From Candidatus Kaiserbacteria bacterium (GTDB lineage: Bacteria > Patescibacteriota > Minisyncoccia > Phycocordibacterales > UBA2100), in NCBI GenBank assembly GCA_016217925.1, contig JACRFK010000003.1:8364-72363 (forward strand): 64,000 nucleotides of DNA. Reading direction: 5' to 3'. Made by a program: the position numbers and the translations under genes. Positions 36,035 through 45,559 of the stretch are shown here, piece by piece (the first letter of the stretch is position 1; every line of letters starts with the position of its first letter). The notes below the pieces were generated by a model, which was given only the letters and a program-made list of their open reading frames with translations, ran no database searches and was not told the DNA's origin.

Positions 36035-37694
36035 CCGCCGGAGGCAATACCACGGGACGCATCATCCAGTGCTCGATGTCCTCTAGCGTGCCGCCTACTT
36101 TCTTGCCGGGATTGAAAATGTTTTGCGGGTCAAAGATACGCTTGGTCTCTGCGAATAACGCAAGGATTTCCGGAGAATACATCATCGATAGGAACGGCGT
36201 ACGTATAATGCCGTCGCCATGTTCGCCCGTAATCGAACCCTTATACTTTGCCACCAGCTCGTAGATTTTGGGCGTGAGCTCCATGATGGCTTTGCGGTGC
36301 GCGGGATTTCCGAGGTTGACGAGGGGGATGATGTGGAAATTGGCATCGCCGATATGGCCCGCTATCGTGTGCATCAGGTCGTATTGCGCGAGAAGGGCGC
36401 TCAACTCCGGCAGAAATCGCGGGTAGTCGTCGGGGTGGACGACGATGTCGTCTATGAACGGCGCGGCGTGCAGACCATGCACGTGCTTGCGCAAGAGCGC
36501 GAAGCTTTCGCGGCGTATCTTCCAGTATTTCTTTTCCATCGTTCCGAGCGCGAATTGCGTGCGCACGGAGAGGTCCGCAAGCGCCGCCTGCGCCTTGTGG
36601 GCTTTGCCCTGTGCCTCCTCGTCAGTATCCTCAGCGAATTCCGCAAGTAGGACGAGCTGGGGCACCCGCCGCGTCCAAAGCGCCCAGACTTCCGGCACGA
36701 ATGCCATAGCAAGCGAAATTGTCTGCTTGAAATTCAAGTGCTTGAGGAATTCGTACCCGTAGCGGGCGGCGAGTTTGAACGTGTGGTCGTCGTACGACTC
36801 AAATGACTCGGGGCCGAATTCGCGGACACGCCGCACGATTTCGGGCAGTTTCCCCATGTCGGAAAGGAAAATGACGAGCATGGCGTGATGAGGCTTGGTC
36901 TTTACGAGCGAAACGCGGGCTTTGGTAATGATGCCGAGCGTGCCCTGTGAGCCGACGAGAAGCTTGGTGAGGTCGAAAGTGCCGCGTTTCCGGTCCGCCA
37001 CGTTCCATAACGCGTAGCCCGCCGAATTTTTCGTCACGTTCGGGCGCGCCGCCTCGATAACCTCTCCGCTATGCGTGAGAAGCTCATCCACACGGCGGTA
37101 TATCTCTCCTTCGAGCGTCTGCTGCTCTTTCTTGTCCTCCAGCCCCGCAGCCGAGAGCGCGCGAAACGTCGCCTGCGAGCCGTCGGCGAGTACCACGTCG
37201 AGCTCTTGCACGTACGCGTCCATTTTGCCGTACCGCAAAGTCAATTCGCCGCCGGCGTTGTCCGCTATCATGCCGCCGAGCGCGCACATCTCGCGTGATG
37301 CGGGGTAGGGCGGCAGTATCGAGCCGTTCTTTGCGAGCGTCAGTTTTTCAAAATCACGATAGTACATGCCCGGTTCGGCGACGGCGAAATCCGTCCCGAC
37401 CTCGTGCATCGCATTCATATACTTCGTAAAAGAAACCACCACGGAATCGGTGAGAGGGCCGCCCGACATGTCGGTCCCGGCGGCGCGTGCCGTGAGAGAG
37501 ATATCCTCGCCGCGCTTCTTTGCTTCGGCTGCGAATCGTACAAGTGCCACCACGTCGTCGGCGTCTTTGGGCGAGACGACGAGCGAGGGTTTGCGCTCGA
37601 AAATGCTCGTATCGCGGCTGAATTTCTTGAGAGTTTCGGGATCGTTTTCTGCGTCGCCTTTAATGAGCGGGGCTATCGCGGCGCGTAAATCCAT
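36021..37694 (-). CDS. FAD-linked oxidase (FAD-binding PCMH-type domain; GlcD/D-lactate dehydrogenase-like)
   Basis: 557 aa; N-terminal FAD-binding blocks (...RAAGTDMSGGPL..., ...GGMIADNAGG...) and C-terminal ...SITGEHGDGIIRTPF... oxidase signature. Confidence 0.8.
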   Translation of the reverse strand: MDLRAAIAPLIKGDAENDPETLKKFSRDTSIFERKPSLVVSPKDADDVVALVRFAAEAKKRGEDISLTARAAGTDMSGGPLTDSVVVSFTKYMNAMHEVGTDFAVAEPGMYYRDFEKLTLAKNGSILPPYPASREMCALGGMIADNAGGELTLRYGKMDAYVQELDVVLADGSQATFRALSAAGLEDKKEQQTLEGEIYRRVDELLTHSGEVIEAARPNVTKNSAGYALWNVADRKRGTFDLTKLLVGSQGTLGIITKARVSLVKTKPHHAMLVIFLSDMGKLPEIVRRVREFGPESFESYDDHTFKLAARYGYEFLKHLNFKQTISLAMAFVPEVWALWTRRVPQLVLLAEFAEDTDEEAQGKAHKAQAALADLSVRTQFALGTMEKKYWKIRRESFALLRKHVHGLHAAPFIDDIVVHPDDYPRFLPELSALLAQYDLMHTIAGHIGDANFHIIPLVNLGNPAHRKAIMELTPKIYELVAKYKGSITGEHGDGIIRTPFLSMMYSPEILALFAETKRIFDPQNIFNPGKKVGGTLEDIEHWMMRPVVLPPAATRA

Positions 37695-37711
37695 CGGGAT
37701 AGTATATCATT

Positions 37712-38050
37712 TCAATCTTCCACGGCTTGAAGCAGGTGCAGGAGTCGTAACAACCGGACGAGCCGGAGCGACTGTGTAAGCGGCGTTGTGACGGGAATGG
37801 CGGCGAGCAGCACCCATGAGTGGTATTTGAGGAACGTCATTCTGTCTTTTGCGAGAAAAAGCTTGACCCCGAACTCCGCGAGAAATATCAGGGCAATGAC
37901 GAGGTCGATGATGTTGAATACAAAGATTTGATACGGCGAGAGGCCGTCCGTCAGTTCGCGGATCAACATATAACCGCTCACGAGCGCGAGCGAGCCCATG
38001 ACCATCTCGAGCCACAAATGATGGCGGGAGACTTTCTTCTTTGCGACCAT
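37712..38050 (-). CDS. Small membrane protein with an S4-like RLVRLLRLLHLL helix, hypothetical
   Basis: 112 aa; 2-3 TM with a periodic-Arg helix. Confidence 0.4.
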   Translation of the reverse strand: MVAKKKVSRHHLWLEMVMGSLALVSGYMLIRELTDGLSPYQIFVFNIIDLVIALIFLAEFGVKLFLAKDRMTFLKYHSWVLLAAIPVTTPLTQSLRLVRLLRLLHLLQAVED

Positions 38051-38130
38051 ACGCTACAGCGTACTACACAACCGGCGCGATTTTTGGATTATCAACTCCG
38101 CTCCGTGGTTTGTCGAAGGAAAAAAGGAGA

Positions 38131-39033
38131 TTATACGGCCGGTACAACTATGGTGGTTTCCTGTTTTTGTATGAGATATATTCCAAAGCTGGTCAGAACG
38201 AATCCTGCGAACATCCAAACGGTGAAAGATTCTTGAAAAAAGACCAAGGAATAGAGTGCTGCGAACACCGGTATGAGCAGATTGAAAGATGCCGCCACAT
38301 GCGCATCGAGATGTTTCAGGCTGCTGTTCCAAATGACCCACGGTATCGCTGTCCCGAATATCCCGATAGCAAGCATCGGGAGAGCTAACGACGGCGTGAG
38401 CGCGGTTAGCCCGTCAAAGCCTCCCCGCAGACCGATGAACATCGCGAGCAGTAGAGAGCCGAGCGTGACCGAGAAAAAGGTCACGTACAAGCCGTCGTAC
38501 TTGCGGACATAGACTTTCGAGTATGTTTTGTTCAAAGCGGATAATGACGCCGCGAAAAGTAATACCATCGAACCGAGAAAATACGCACTATCGGCATTCG
38601 CAAAGGGGTTCGCGCCGTTGAGAACGACTAAAATAACACCGAGGAACCCGATGCCAAGCCCCACCATCTTCCTATGCGATACCTGCTCGCTGAGAAGCAG
38701 CGTCGCAAGAACCGCAACAATGAGTGAGTTCGCATTTATAAGTATGGCGGCGACGACACTGTTGGTACTCGCAATTCCCATGACGATAAGGGGCGTGGGA
38801 GCGACAGCGCAGAAGGCGACCAATAGGAAGAAAACAAGGTCTCTCTTGGGCGGCAAGTGCAGAGAGTTCCGGTACGCCATAACCGGAACGAGGACAAGCG
38901 ACGCAATGAAGAAACGAAAAAAAGCTATCAGGTAGGGGTCTACCGTTCCGTTCAACGCTTTCACTATCGGGTAAAAAACCGCAATACCGGCCATGGAGAG
39001 GACCAGCAAAAAGGTCCACGTAAGTTTATTCAT
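38131..39033 (-). CDS. EamA/DMT-family transporter
   Basis: 300 aa, 10 TM; duplicated EamA-like halves. Confidence 0.75.
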   Translation of the reverse strand: MNKLTWTFLLVLSMAGIAVFYPIVKALNGTVDPYLIAFFRFFIASLVLVPVMAYRNSLHLPPKRDLVFFLLVAFCAVAPTPLIVMGIASTNSVVAAILINANSLIVAVLATLLLSEQVSHRKMVGLGIGFLGVILVVLNGANPFANADSAYFLGSMVLLFAASLSALNKTYSKVYVRKYDGLYVTFFSVTLGSLLLAMFIGLRGGFDGLTALTPSLALPMLAIGIFGTAIPWVIWNSSLKHLDAHVAASFNLLIPVFAALYSLVFFQESFTVWMFAGFVLTSFGIYLIQKQETTIVVPAV

Positions 39034-39049
39034 ATAAGTTGCGGATGAC

Positions 39050-40651
39050 TCAACCCCATTCTATCGTCGCTGGTGGTTTGTCACTGATGCGGTAGACGAC
39101 TGCCCCCACTTCGCGGACTTCGTTGGTGATTCGACGGGAGACCTTTTCGAGAAATTCATAGGGTAGTTGGGCGAAGCGGGCGGTAAAGCCGTTGACACTC
39201 CACACAGCCCAGAGTGCGACCACGTGTCCGATTCCTGCGCCGTCGCCTTTGCTTTCGGTGTGCATAGAGTGGGTAAGCGTTGCGCCCGCTTGCCACACGG
39301 TCTGGTAGAGATTTGCCGCACGTAGCTCTTCTATGTAAATACCATCAATTGCCCGTGCAACGCGCAGACTCTCGGCCGTTACCTCGCCCTCGATACGGAC
39401 GACGAGCCCGGGGCCGGGGAATGGATGGCGCACGAGCAGGTCTTCGGGCACACTCATATCGCGGCCGATCTGGCGTGCGGAATCTTTGACCTCAGTCTCA
39501 AGCGGAGCGATTTCCGGTATGGAAAAACCAAGCTTCACGTTGTGGTGGACTTTAATCTCCGCGACGCGCGCTCCCGTCGCGTGGCCGTGTCCGCTTTCGC
39601 GCACGTCGGTGTAGAGCGTGCCTTGTGCGATGAAGTCCGCTCCGAATTCTTCTATCTGTTCCTCAAGTACTTCCTTATATACGCCGCGCATGACAAGACG
39701 CTTCTCGCGCATCGTCACGTGACCTTTGAGCGCTTTCAAGAATTCTTTCGTCGCATCAACTATTTCCAGCTCTATCCAATCCTCGTCGCTGAAGTATTTC
39801 TTCACATACGCCTCGTCGTCCGGCCTGTCGATGCCGCGAATGTACACGCCCTTGAGTGTAGCCCCCGCCTCTTTGAGCAGGTATGCAACGACCGAAGAAT
39901 CAGAGCCACCTGAAAGTGCGATAAGCACTTTCTTCCCCATGATCAATTTCTTGAGTGCGTCGATCTTTGCCTGCGCGACACTGTGAGCGGGGAAGCGGTC
40001 AGTGATGCCGCAGATTTTTACGAAATTTTCGTACATTTTTACACCTTCGGTCGTGTCGGTAACCTCCGGATGGAATTGCACGCCCCAAAGATGTCCGGAA
40101 TGCCCCGCTGCAACTTCGGTGTTGTCCGTCGAGCCGAGGACTTCGAACGGCGCATTGCTGATGGCATCGCCGTGACTCTCGAGGACCGGTGTTTCCTTCG
40201 CCACACCTTCAAAAAGCGGCGAGTCAGCTTTGATACGGAACGTATGGACGCCGAACTCGCGCTTCTCTTGCGGGGTAACCACTGCGCCGGCGTGCTTTGC
40301 CCACATCTGGAATCCGAGGCACACGCCGAGGGTGGGGATGCCGAGGTCGAAAATTGAGTTATCAAAAGGCGGCGGCTCGTTGAAGACGGATGCCGGTCCG
40401 CCCGAGAGAATGATGCCGGCGGGGGCGGCCATTTTCACATCTCCCGCTTTCACACTTGCCGGGTCGGCGACGACGGCGAAGACGCCGAGCTTTGCGAGTT
40501 GCTGCACGATGAGATGGTCGAACTGCGACCCCATCGAAAAAAGGAGAATAAAGTGCTTCGTCTGCCGCACCCGCATTTCCTCCGCTATCTCATTGAGAGC
40601 TTCAGGGCTGGCTCCCTTGAAGATGGTCAACATGGAAGGATAATACCACAT
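39050..40651 (-). CDS. guaA: GMP synthase (glutamine-hydrolysing)
   Basis: GATase-1 domain (...GVCLGFQMW...H...), ATP-PPase SGGSDSS motif, C-terminal ...KPPATIEWG dimerisation end. Confidence 0.9.
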   Translation of the reverse strand: MWYYPSMLTIFKGASPEALNEIAEEMRVRQTKHFILLFSMGSQFDHLIVQQLAKLGVFAVVADPASVKAGDVKMAAPAGIILSGGPASVFNEPPPFDNSIFDLGIPTLGVCLGFQMWAKHAGAVVTPQEKREFGVHTFRIKADSPLFEGVAKETPVLESHGDAISNAPFEVLGSTDNTEVAAGHSGHLWGVQFHPEVTDTTEGVKMYENFVKICGITDRFPAHSVAQAKIDALKKLIMGKKVLIALSGGSDSSVVAYLLKEAGATLKGVYIRGIDRPDDEAYVKKYFSDEDWIELEIVDATKEFLKALKGHVTMREKRLVMRGVYKEVLEEQIEEFGADFIAQGTLYTDVRESGHGHATGARVAEIKVHHNVKLGFSIPEIAPLETEVKDSARQIGRDMSVPEDLLVRHPFPGPGLVVRIEGEVTAESLRVARAIDGIYIEELRAANLYQTVWQAGATLTHSMHTESKGDGAGIGHVVALWAVWSVNGFTARFAQLPYEFLEKVSRRITNEVREVGAVVYRISDKPPATIEWG

Positions 40652-40771
40652 TCTTAGCCCAGGGTTTAAGCGGTGCCTTGCCGCCGCGAGTTTTCCACAC
40701 TTTTGTTCCCAATTGGGTTGCGATAGGCTATAGTGGTATATACTTTATCGCAGTGGGATAGAGTGGGAAAT

Positions 40772-41215
40772 ATGGCAAATCTGCTAATTGGTGAATACGA
40801 ACACACGCTCGACGAAAAGAAGCGGGTCTCGCTTCCGAAAGTCTTCCGGTCCGCGATGGGGAAAAAGATCGTCGTGACGCGAGGGCTGGACCATTGTCTG
40901 TACGCATATTCGCGCGACGCGTGGGATATCGTCGCGAAGAAGTTGCAATCACTGTCGATGGTCAATCCCGACACGCGCGGATTCAACAGGTTCATGCTTT
41001 CGGGTGCTGCGGAAGTGGATGTGGACGGAGTGGGGAGAATACTCATTCCGGACCATCAGAAAGAATTCGCGGGCCTGAAGAAGAGGATTATATTTGCCGG
41101 TATTTCGGATCACGTCGAGATCTGGAACACGGAGGCGTGGAGTACCTACAAAGCGCATATCGAGAAGAACGCCGACAAGATGGCGGCGAAGCTCGACCAG
41201 ATAGGCGCCCTCTAA
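40772..41215 (+). CDS. mraZ: Transcriptional regulator MraZ
   Basis: ...GEYEHTLDEKKRVSLP... and second ...GVGRILIP... repeat; first gene of the dcw fragment. Confidence 0.85.
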   Translation: MANLLIGEYEHTLDEKKRVSLPKVFRSAMGKKIVVTRGLDHCLYAYSRDAWDIVAKKLQSLSMVNPDTRGFNRFMLSGAAEVDVDGVGRILIPDHQKEFAGLKKRIIFAGISDHVEIWNTEAWSTYKAHIEKNADKMAAKLDQIGAL

Positions 41216-41454
41216 TTTCCGAGCACAAAAAATGAACTCATCTGCTTCGTTACGGGGCCCCGTGCAATTCTCCGCCGTACTGCGTGTACGTCTCCGAATT
41301 TCACTTCCCCGTGCCTCGCATCTGAATTCATCTTTCGGCTCTTTTCCAAATTGGCAGCATCAGATTGCTGGAGAATTTCAATAACGTCATGCGCACACGA
41401 CGCTCTCAATTCTCCGGCAATCCGATGTTATCAAGGCCCCCCGTCGCTAAAGCT

Positions 41455-42381
41455 ATGGAGGGTAAACATCGAAGTGTTCTTTTACATGAAGCAATTGAAC
41501 AGTTGGCGATAGAACCAGACGATACGGTACTGGACGCGACACTCGGCGGTGCGGGTCACGCACTCGCGATTGCGCAAAAGCTCGACAAGGGGGGAACCCT
41601 TATCGGGATAGATGCAGATCACGATGCGGTAGTCCGCGCACAAGAAGCGCTCGCAGGTGTTGCGCCGAAAGTGCATCTCGTCGAGGGAAACTTCCGCAAT
41701 CTGAAAGCGGAGCTCGACAAACTCGGCGTCGCGTACATAACGAAAGCCCTCTTCGATTTAGGGTGGAGCTCATTTCAGCTCGACTCCGGAAGAGGATTCT
41801 CGTTGAAAGCAGATGAACCGCTTCTCATGACCTACTCCTCCTCCGAAGGAGGATCGGCCTCCGGCGGAAAGGACCCCGGCGCGCTTACGGCGGCGGCAAT
41901 CGTCAATGAGTGGTCCGAGGAATCGATCGCGGACGTCATCTTTGGGTGGGGCGAAGAGCGGTACTCGCGGCGTATTGCGAAGTGCATCGTGGAAAGACGC
42001 GAAAAGAAACCTTTCACGACCGCACGCGAGCTTGCAGAAGCCATCTACGAGGCGGTGCCTCCGAGATACCGCTTCGGCAAAATCCATCCCGCTACGCGCA
42101 CGTTCCAGGCACTGCGTATCGCGGTCAACGATGAGCTGGGGAGCCTATCGCAGGGACTCGCCGACGGATGGCAAGCGCTGTCGTGCGGCGGACGTATCGC
42201 GGTAATCACGTTCCACTCCATCGAAGACAGGCTCGTCAAACAAACGTTCAAGCAATGGGAGGAGGCGGGGGAGGGCAAACGCGTAACAAAAAAGCCCATC
42301 GTTGCCGGTGAGACAGAAACCTCCTCAAATCCAAGGTCCCGCAGCGCTAAATTGCGCGTCATCCAGAAAGTCCCGACGTAA
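41455..42381 (+). CDS. rsmH: 16S rRNA (cytosine1402-N4)-methyltransferase RsmH
   Basis: ...HRSVLLHEAIEQL...LDATLGGAGHA..., ...GGRIAVITFHSIEDRLVK... Contains an inverted copy of the in-frame mini-element. Confidence 0.85.
   Translation: MEGKHRSVLLHEAIEQLAIEPDDTVLDATLGGAGHALAIAQKLDKGGTLIGIDADHDAVVRAQEALAGVAPKVHLVEGNFRNLKAELDKLGVAYITKALFDLGWSSFQLDSGRGFSLKADEPLLMTYSSSEGGSASGGKDPGALTAAAIVNEWSEESIADVIFGWGEERYSRRIAKCIVERREKKPFTTARELAEAIYEAVPPRYRFGKIHPATRTFQALRIAVNDELGSLSQGLADGWQALSCGGRIAVITFHSIEDRLVKQTFKQWEEAGEGKRVTKKPIVAGETETSSNPRSRSAKLRVIQKVPT
41836..41869. repeat. Third copy of the mini-element, reverse-complement orientation, in-frame in rsmH
   Basis: TCCTCCTCCGAAGGAGGATCGGCCTCCGGCGGA matches the reverse complement of the atpA copy with 2 mismatches in the ~30-nt core; encodes SSSEGGSASGG. 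Confidence 0.5.
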
Positions 42382-42419
42382 AGTCGGGATCCCGACCGGA
42401 GCGTCGGGACTTCGTGTGA

Positions 42420-42839
42420 TTGAAAAAATATAAAATCATGAGAGCTCATATACACAAAATAAGTAAATACGCTCCCTCGATATTTCAAGGGAGATTTAAT
42501 TTTTCGTCCGCAGGGCGCGGCGTATCGCTTTCGATGGAACACCCTACAGAAGCAATAGCGCTCCGCGTGCTTTCTGTCGCGTTCATCCTTGTGGTGTGCG
42601 GCTATCTATATTTTGTCTCGGCATCAATTTTAAACGTCATCGCCCGCAAAGAAGCGCTCACGCGCATCTCGGTCATTCAGGGGACGATAGGGGGTTCGGA
42701 GCAGCGCTACTTCGAGCTTTCCAAGGGCATATCGCCAGCATCAGGACCTGCGCTCGGCCTCGCACCCATCGGCAAACAAGCCTACGTCTACCGTCCGGGC
42801 AATGTTGGAGCTGCTACAATTGCCCGTAATGAGATCTAG
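42420..42839 (+). CDS. FtsL-like single-TM protein (assigned by synteny)
   Basis: 139 aa with one TM (ALRVLSVAFILVVCGYLYFV); lies between rsmH and ftsI. Confidence 0.4.
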   Translation: MKKYKIMRAHIHKISKYAPSIFQGRFNFSSAGRGVSLSMEHPTEAIALRVLSVAFILVVCGYLYFVSASILNVIARKEALTRISVIQGTIGGSEQRYFELSKGISPASGPALGLAPIGKQAYVYRPGNVGAATIARNEI

Positions 42840-42857
42840 CAGGTATCGCTCTAGGCT

Positions 42858-44570
42858 ATGAAAGCGCGATTTGTCCTCCGCACACGGATACTGTGCGGCT
42901 GCTTTGTTTTTGTGGCGCTTCTTTTCATCGTGCGCCTCTACTTCGTGCAAATAGTGCATGGAAGTGCTTATCGAGACACCGCAAGCGCTCATTACGTGAA
43001 GCCGGATCCGGATACGGAGAATCGAGGCACTATTTATTTCACTACGAAAGATGGAGAGCTCGTATCGGCAGCAGTCATGCAGACAGGATGGCGGATAGCC
43101 ATCAAGCCGGACGAGATACGGGACGCCGAGAGTGTATATGCGCAGCTCAATGCACTTACGCCGATAGACCACGAACGTTTCTCTGCGAACGCAGCAAAAA
43201 AGGGCGACCCATATGAAGAGGTCGCGTTCCGTGTTCCGGACGATGTGGCACAGAAGATTCGTCCGCTCAAGATACCAGGAATCTTGCTCGTGCAGGATCA
43301 GTGGCGGTTTTATCCTGCCCGTGAACTTGCTGCACAAGCCATTGGCTTTGTCGGATACCAGGGAGATAGGCGCGTGGGTGTCTACGGCCTCGAGAAGAGT
43401 TGGCAGGACACACTCGTGCAGACGCAGAACGGCCTCTACATAAATCCTTTTGCCGAGATATTCACGAATTTGCAAGCGGTCACGTCGGTACATCCGGCAG
43501 GACAGCAAGGGTCAATCGTGACTTCTATCGAACCCTCTGTCCAACGTAATTTGGAAGATGTACTTGGCGGCGTCATGAAAAGTTATACGCCAAATCTCGC
43601 GGGCGGTATCATTATGGATCCACACACGGGTGCCATCATCGCCATGGCCATCCGTCCCACGTACGACCCGAATACATATAGTACCGTCACAAATCCGGCT
43701 GTTTTCCGCAACGCGCTCGTCGAAAGCACGTTCGAGATGGGCTCTATCATGAAACCGCTCACGATGGCGGCAGGCATCGACAAAGGGGTCGTAACGCCCG
43801 CGACCATGTACAAGGATACGGGTTGCATCGAGAAGAGCGGAAAGACAGTTTGCAATTCAGACCAAAAAGCCCACGGTCTCGTCAGCATGCAGATAGTGCT
43901 CAATCAATCCCTCAACACCGGCGCATCTTTTGTCGTCGACAGGATCGGCCACGAGGCTTTTGGTACATTCTTGCACGACTTGGAGCTCGACAAAAAGACA
44001 AACCTTGGCCTGCCGAGCGAAGCGGCGGGGCAGCTCAAATCGATAGAGAACGGCTACGATCTCGATTACGCGAGCGCTTCCTTTGGGCAGGGAATATCGG
44101 TCTCTGCCGTAGAAATGATCCGCGCGCTCTCCGTTCTTGCAAATGGAGGAGTCCTTCCAAATCCGCATGTAGTTACCGCGGTCAAACTCAGCAACGGCAT
44201 CACACGCTCCATAGACACCGGTTCCGGGCCGAGGGTCTTGAGCGCAAGCTCTACAGAAGCCGTGACCAACATGCTCGTCGAGACCTACGACACGGCACTC
44301 GCCGGCGGCTCCTTGAAACAAGAACATTACTCGCTCGCGGCGAAGACCGGCACCGCACAGATCGCAATACCAGGCGGCGGGGGATACTACACGGACCGCA
44401 CGCTTCACTCATTCTTCGGGTATTTCCCCGCGCGTGACCCGAAATTCATCATCTTTCTCATGGCCGTCGAACCGCACGGACAAGAATTCTCCGCCGCGAC
44501 ACTCTCGCGCCCGTTCTCCAACCTCGCGAAATACCTCATCAACTACTACAGCATTCCACCTGACAGGTAG
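42858..44570 (+). CDS. ftsI: Penicillin-binding protein (FtsI/PBP3-like transpeptidase)
   Basis: N-terminal TM; SIMK (SxxK), SLN (SxN) and KTGTA motifs. Confidence 0.85.
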   Translation: MKARFVLRTRILCGCFVFVALLFIVRLYFVQIVHGSAYRDTASAHYVKPDPDTENRGTIYFTTKDGELVSAAVMQTGWRIAIKPDEIRDAESVYAQLNALTPIDHERFSANAAKKGDPYEEVAFRVPDDVAQKIRPLKIPGILLVQDQWRFYPARELAAQAIGFVGYQGDRRVGVYGLEKSWQDTLVQTQNGLYINPFAEIFTNLQAVTSVHPAGQQGSIVTSIEPSVQRNLEDVLGGVMKSYTPNLAGGIIMDPHTGAIIAMAIRPTYDPNTYSTVTNPAVFRNALVESTFEMGSIMKPLTMAAGIDKGVVTPATMYKDTGCIEKSGKTVCNSDQKAHGLVSMQIVLNQSLNTGASFVVDRIGHEAFGTFLHDLELDKKTNLGLPSEAAGQLKSIENGYDLDYASASFGQGISVSAVEMIRALSVLANGGVLPNPHVVTAVKLSNGITRSIDTGSGPRVLSASSTEAVTNMLVETYDTALAGGSLKQEHYSLAAKTGTAQIAIPGGGGYYTDRTLHSFFGYFPARDPKFIIFLMAVEPHGQEFSAATLSRPFSNLAKYLINYYSIPPDR

Positions 44571-44602
44571 TCGTTATCGTAAGTATTATCCACGATAGAA
44601 CA

Positions 44603-44628
44603 CTCTCATATTCTTAAGAATGTGAGAG
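44603..44628. promoter_or_regulatory. 26-bp palindrome CTCTCAtATTCTTAAGAATgTGAGAG upstream of the ArsR-family gene; probable operator
   Basis: Seen directly; ends 10 nt before the ATG. A second copy lies at 44914-44939. Confidence 0.5.
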
Positions 44629-44637
44629 TATGATGAA

Positions 44638-44928
44638 ATGGTTGAAAAGAAGCTAAAAGGGCCAAAGAAGCTTGAACGGCATTTCAAAGGCGTTTCAAAT
44701 CACCGCCGTATTCAGATACTTATCCTGGTAGCAAAGCATCCGGAAATATCACTCTTTGACATCGCGGATTCGGTGAAAGGCAACGTGAAGACCATCTCGG
44801 AACACGTTCGGCGTCTTACGCTCGCGGGTTTGGTAGAGAAGCGCTACTCGGGTAGGGAAGTCCGACACGTCCTCACTCCCTACGGACGGACCTTCCATTC
44901 GTTTATAGAAAGATTCTCACGTTCTTAA
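44638..44928 (+). CDS. ArsR/SmtB-family HTH transcriptional regulator
   Basis: ...HFKGVSNHRRIQILILVAKHPEISLFDIADSVKGNVKTISEHVRRLTLAGLV... winged-HTH pattern. Confidence 0.75.
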   Translation: MVEKKLKGPKKLERHFKGVSNHRRIQILILVAKHPEISLFDIADSVKGNVKTISEHVRRLTLAGLVEKRYSGREVRHVLTPYGRTFHSFIERFSRS

Positions 44929-44939
44929 GAATGTGAGAG
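44914..44939. promoter_or_regulatory. Second copy of the ATTCTTAAGAAT-centred palindrome; it overlaps the last codons and the TAA stop of the ArsR gene
   Basis: tCTCACgTTCTTAAGAATgTGAGAG; 22 nt identical to the upstream copy, with GTATG following both copies. Confidence 0.45.
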
Positions 44940-45034
44940 TATGGGGAATCTCGGTATCGGTCAAGTGGAAAAGAGTAGGATTTTAGGTATTATTTCAAGG
45001 ACGGGCCTATCGATTTTGATAGGCACCTGTTGAC

Positions 45035-45106
45035 GGCCCTATCGTCTATCGGTTAGGACACAAGCTTCTCAAGCTTGGAAGCCGGGTTCGATTCCCGGTA
45101 GGGTCA
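45035..45106 (+). tRNA. tRNA-Glu (anticodon CTC)
   Basis: Acceptor GGCCCTA/TAGGGTC, anticodon arm CAAGC-TTCTCAA-GCTTG, T-arm CCGGG-TTCGATT-CCCGG. Confidence 0.75.
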
Positions 45107-45114
45107 AAAAAATT

Positions 45115-45549
45115 ATGCACTACCTGCACACCATGGTTCGCGTAGAAAACCTCGAACGGGCGCTGGATTTTTATTGCGGAAAGTTGGGGCTGGTGGAAGT
45201 GAACAGACGGGAAGATAAAAAGGGGAGATATACGAATGTTTTTCTCAAGGCGCCGAATGATGATGTCTCGGCGCGACGGGCGCCGCTGCTTGAGCTCACG
45301 TACAACTGGGACGAAGAGAAGTACACGGGCGGGAGGAACTTCGGGCACTTGGCCTACGCGGTGGAAAATATTTATGACTACTGCGCGGAGCTGATGAAAA
45401 AGGGAGTCACTATCAATCGGCCGCCGCGCGACGGGCGCATGGCCTTTATCCGTTCACCCGAGGGAATCTCAATCGAGCTTTTGCAGATAGGGGAGGCGCT
45501 CGCACCGGCAGAGCCCTGGCAATCGATGCCGAGCGTCGGGACGTGGTAA
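45115..45549 (+). CDS. gloA: Lactoylglutathione lyase (glyoxalase I)
   Basis: ...[22 protein letters not shown]...[14 protein letters not shown]... VOC fold. Confidence 0.85.
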   Translation: MHYLHTMVRVENLERALDFYCGKLGLVEVNRREDKKGRYTNVFLKAPNDDVSARRAPLLELTYNWDEEKYTGGRNFGHLAYAVENIYDYCAELMKKGVTINRPPRDGRMAFIRSPEGISIELLQIGEALAPAEPWQSMPSVGTW

Positions 45550-45559
45550 AGTCTGTGAT

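Noticed and set aside
45046-45348. 100-aa minus-strand ORF
   Set aside because: It overlaps tRNA-Glu and the start of gloA on the + strand; spurious.
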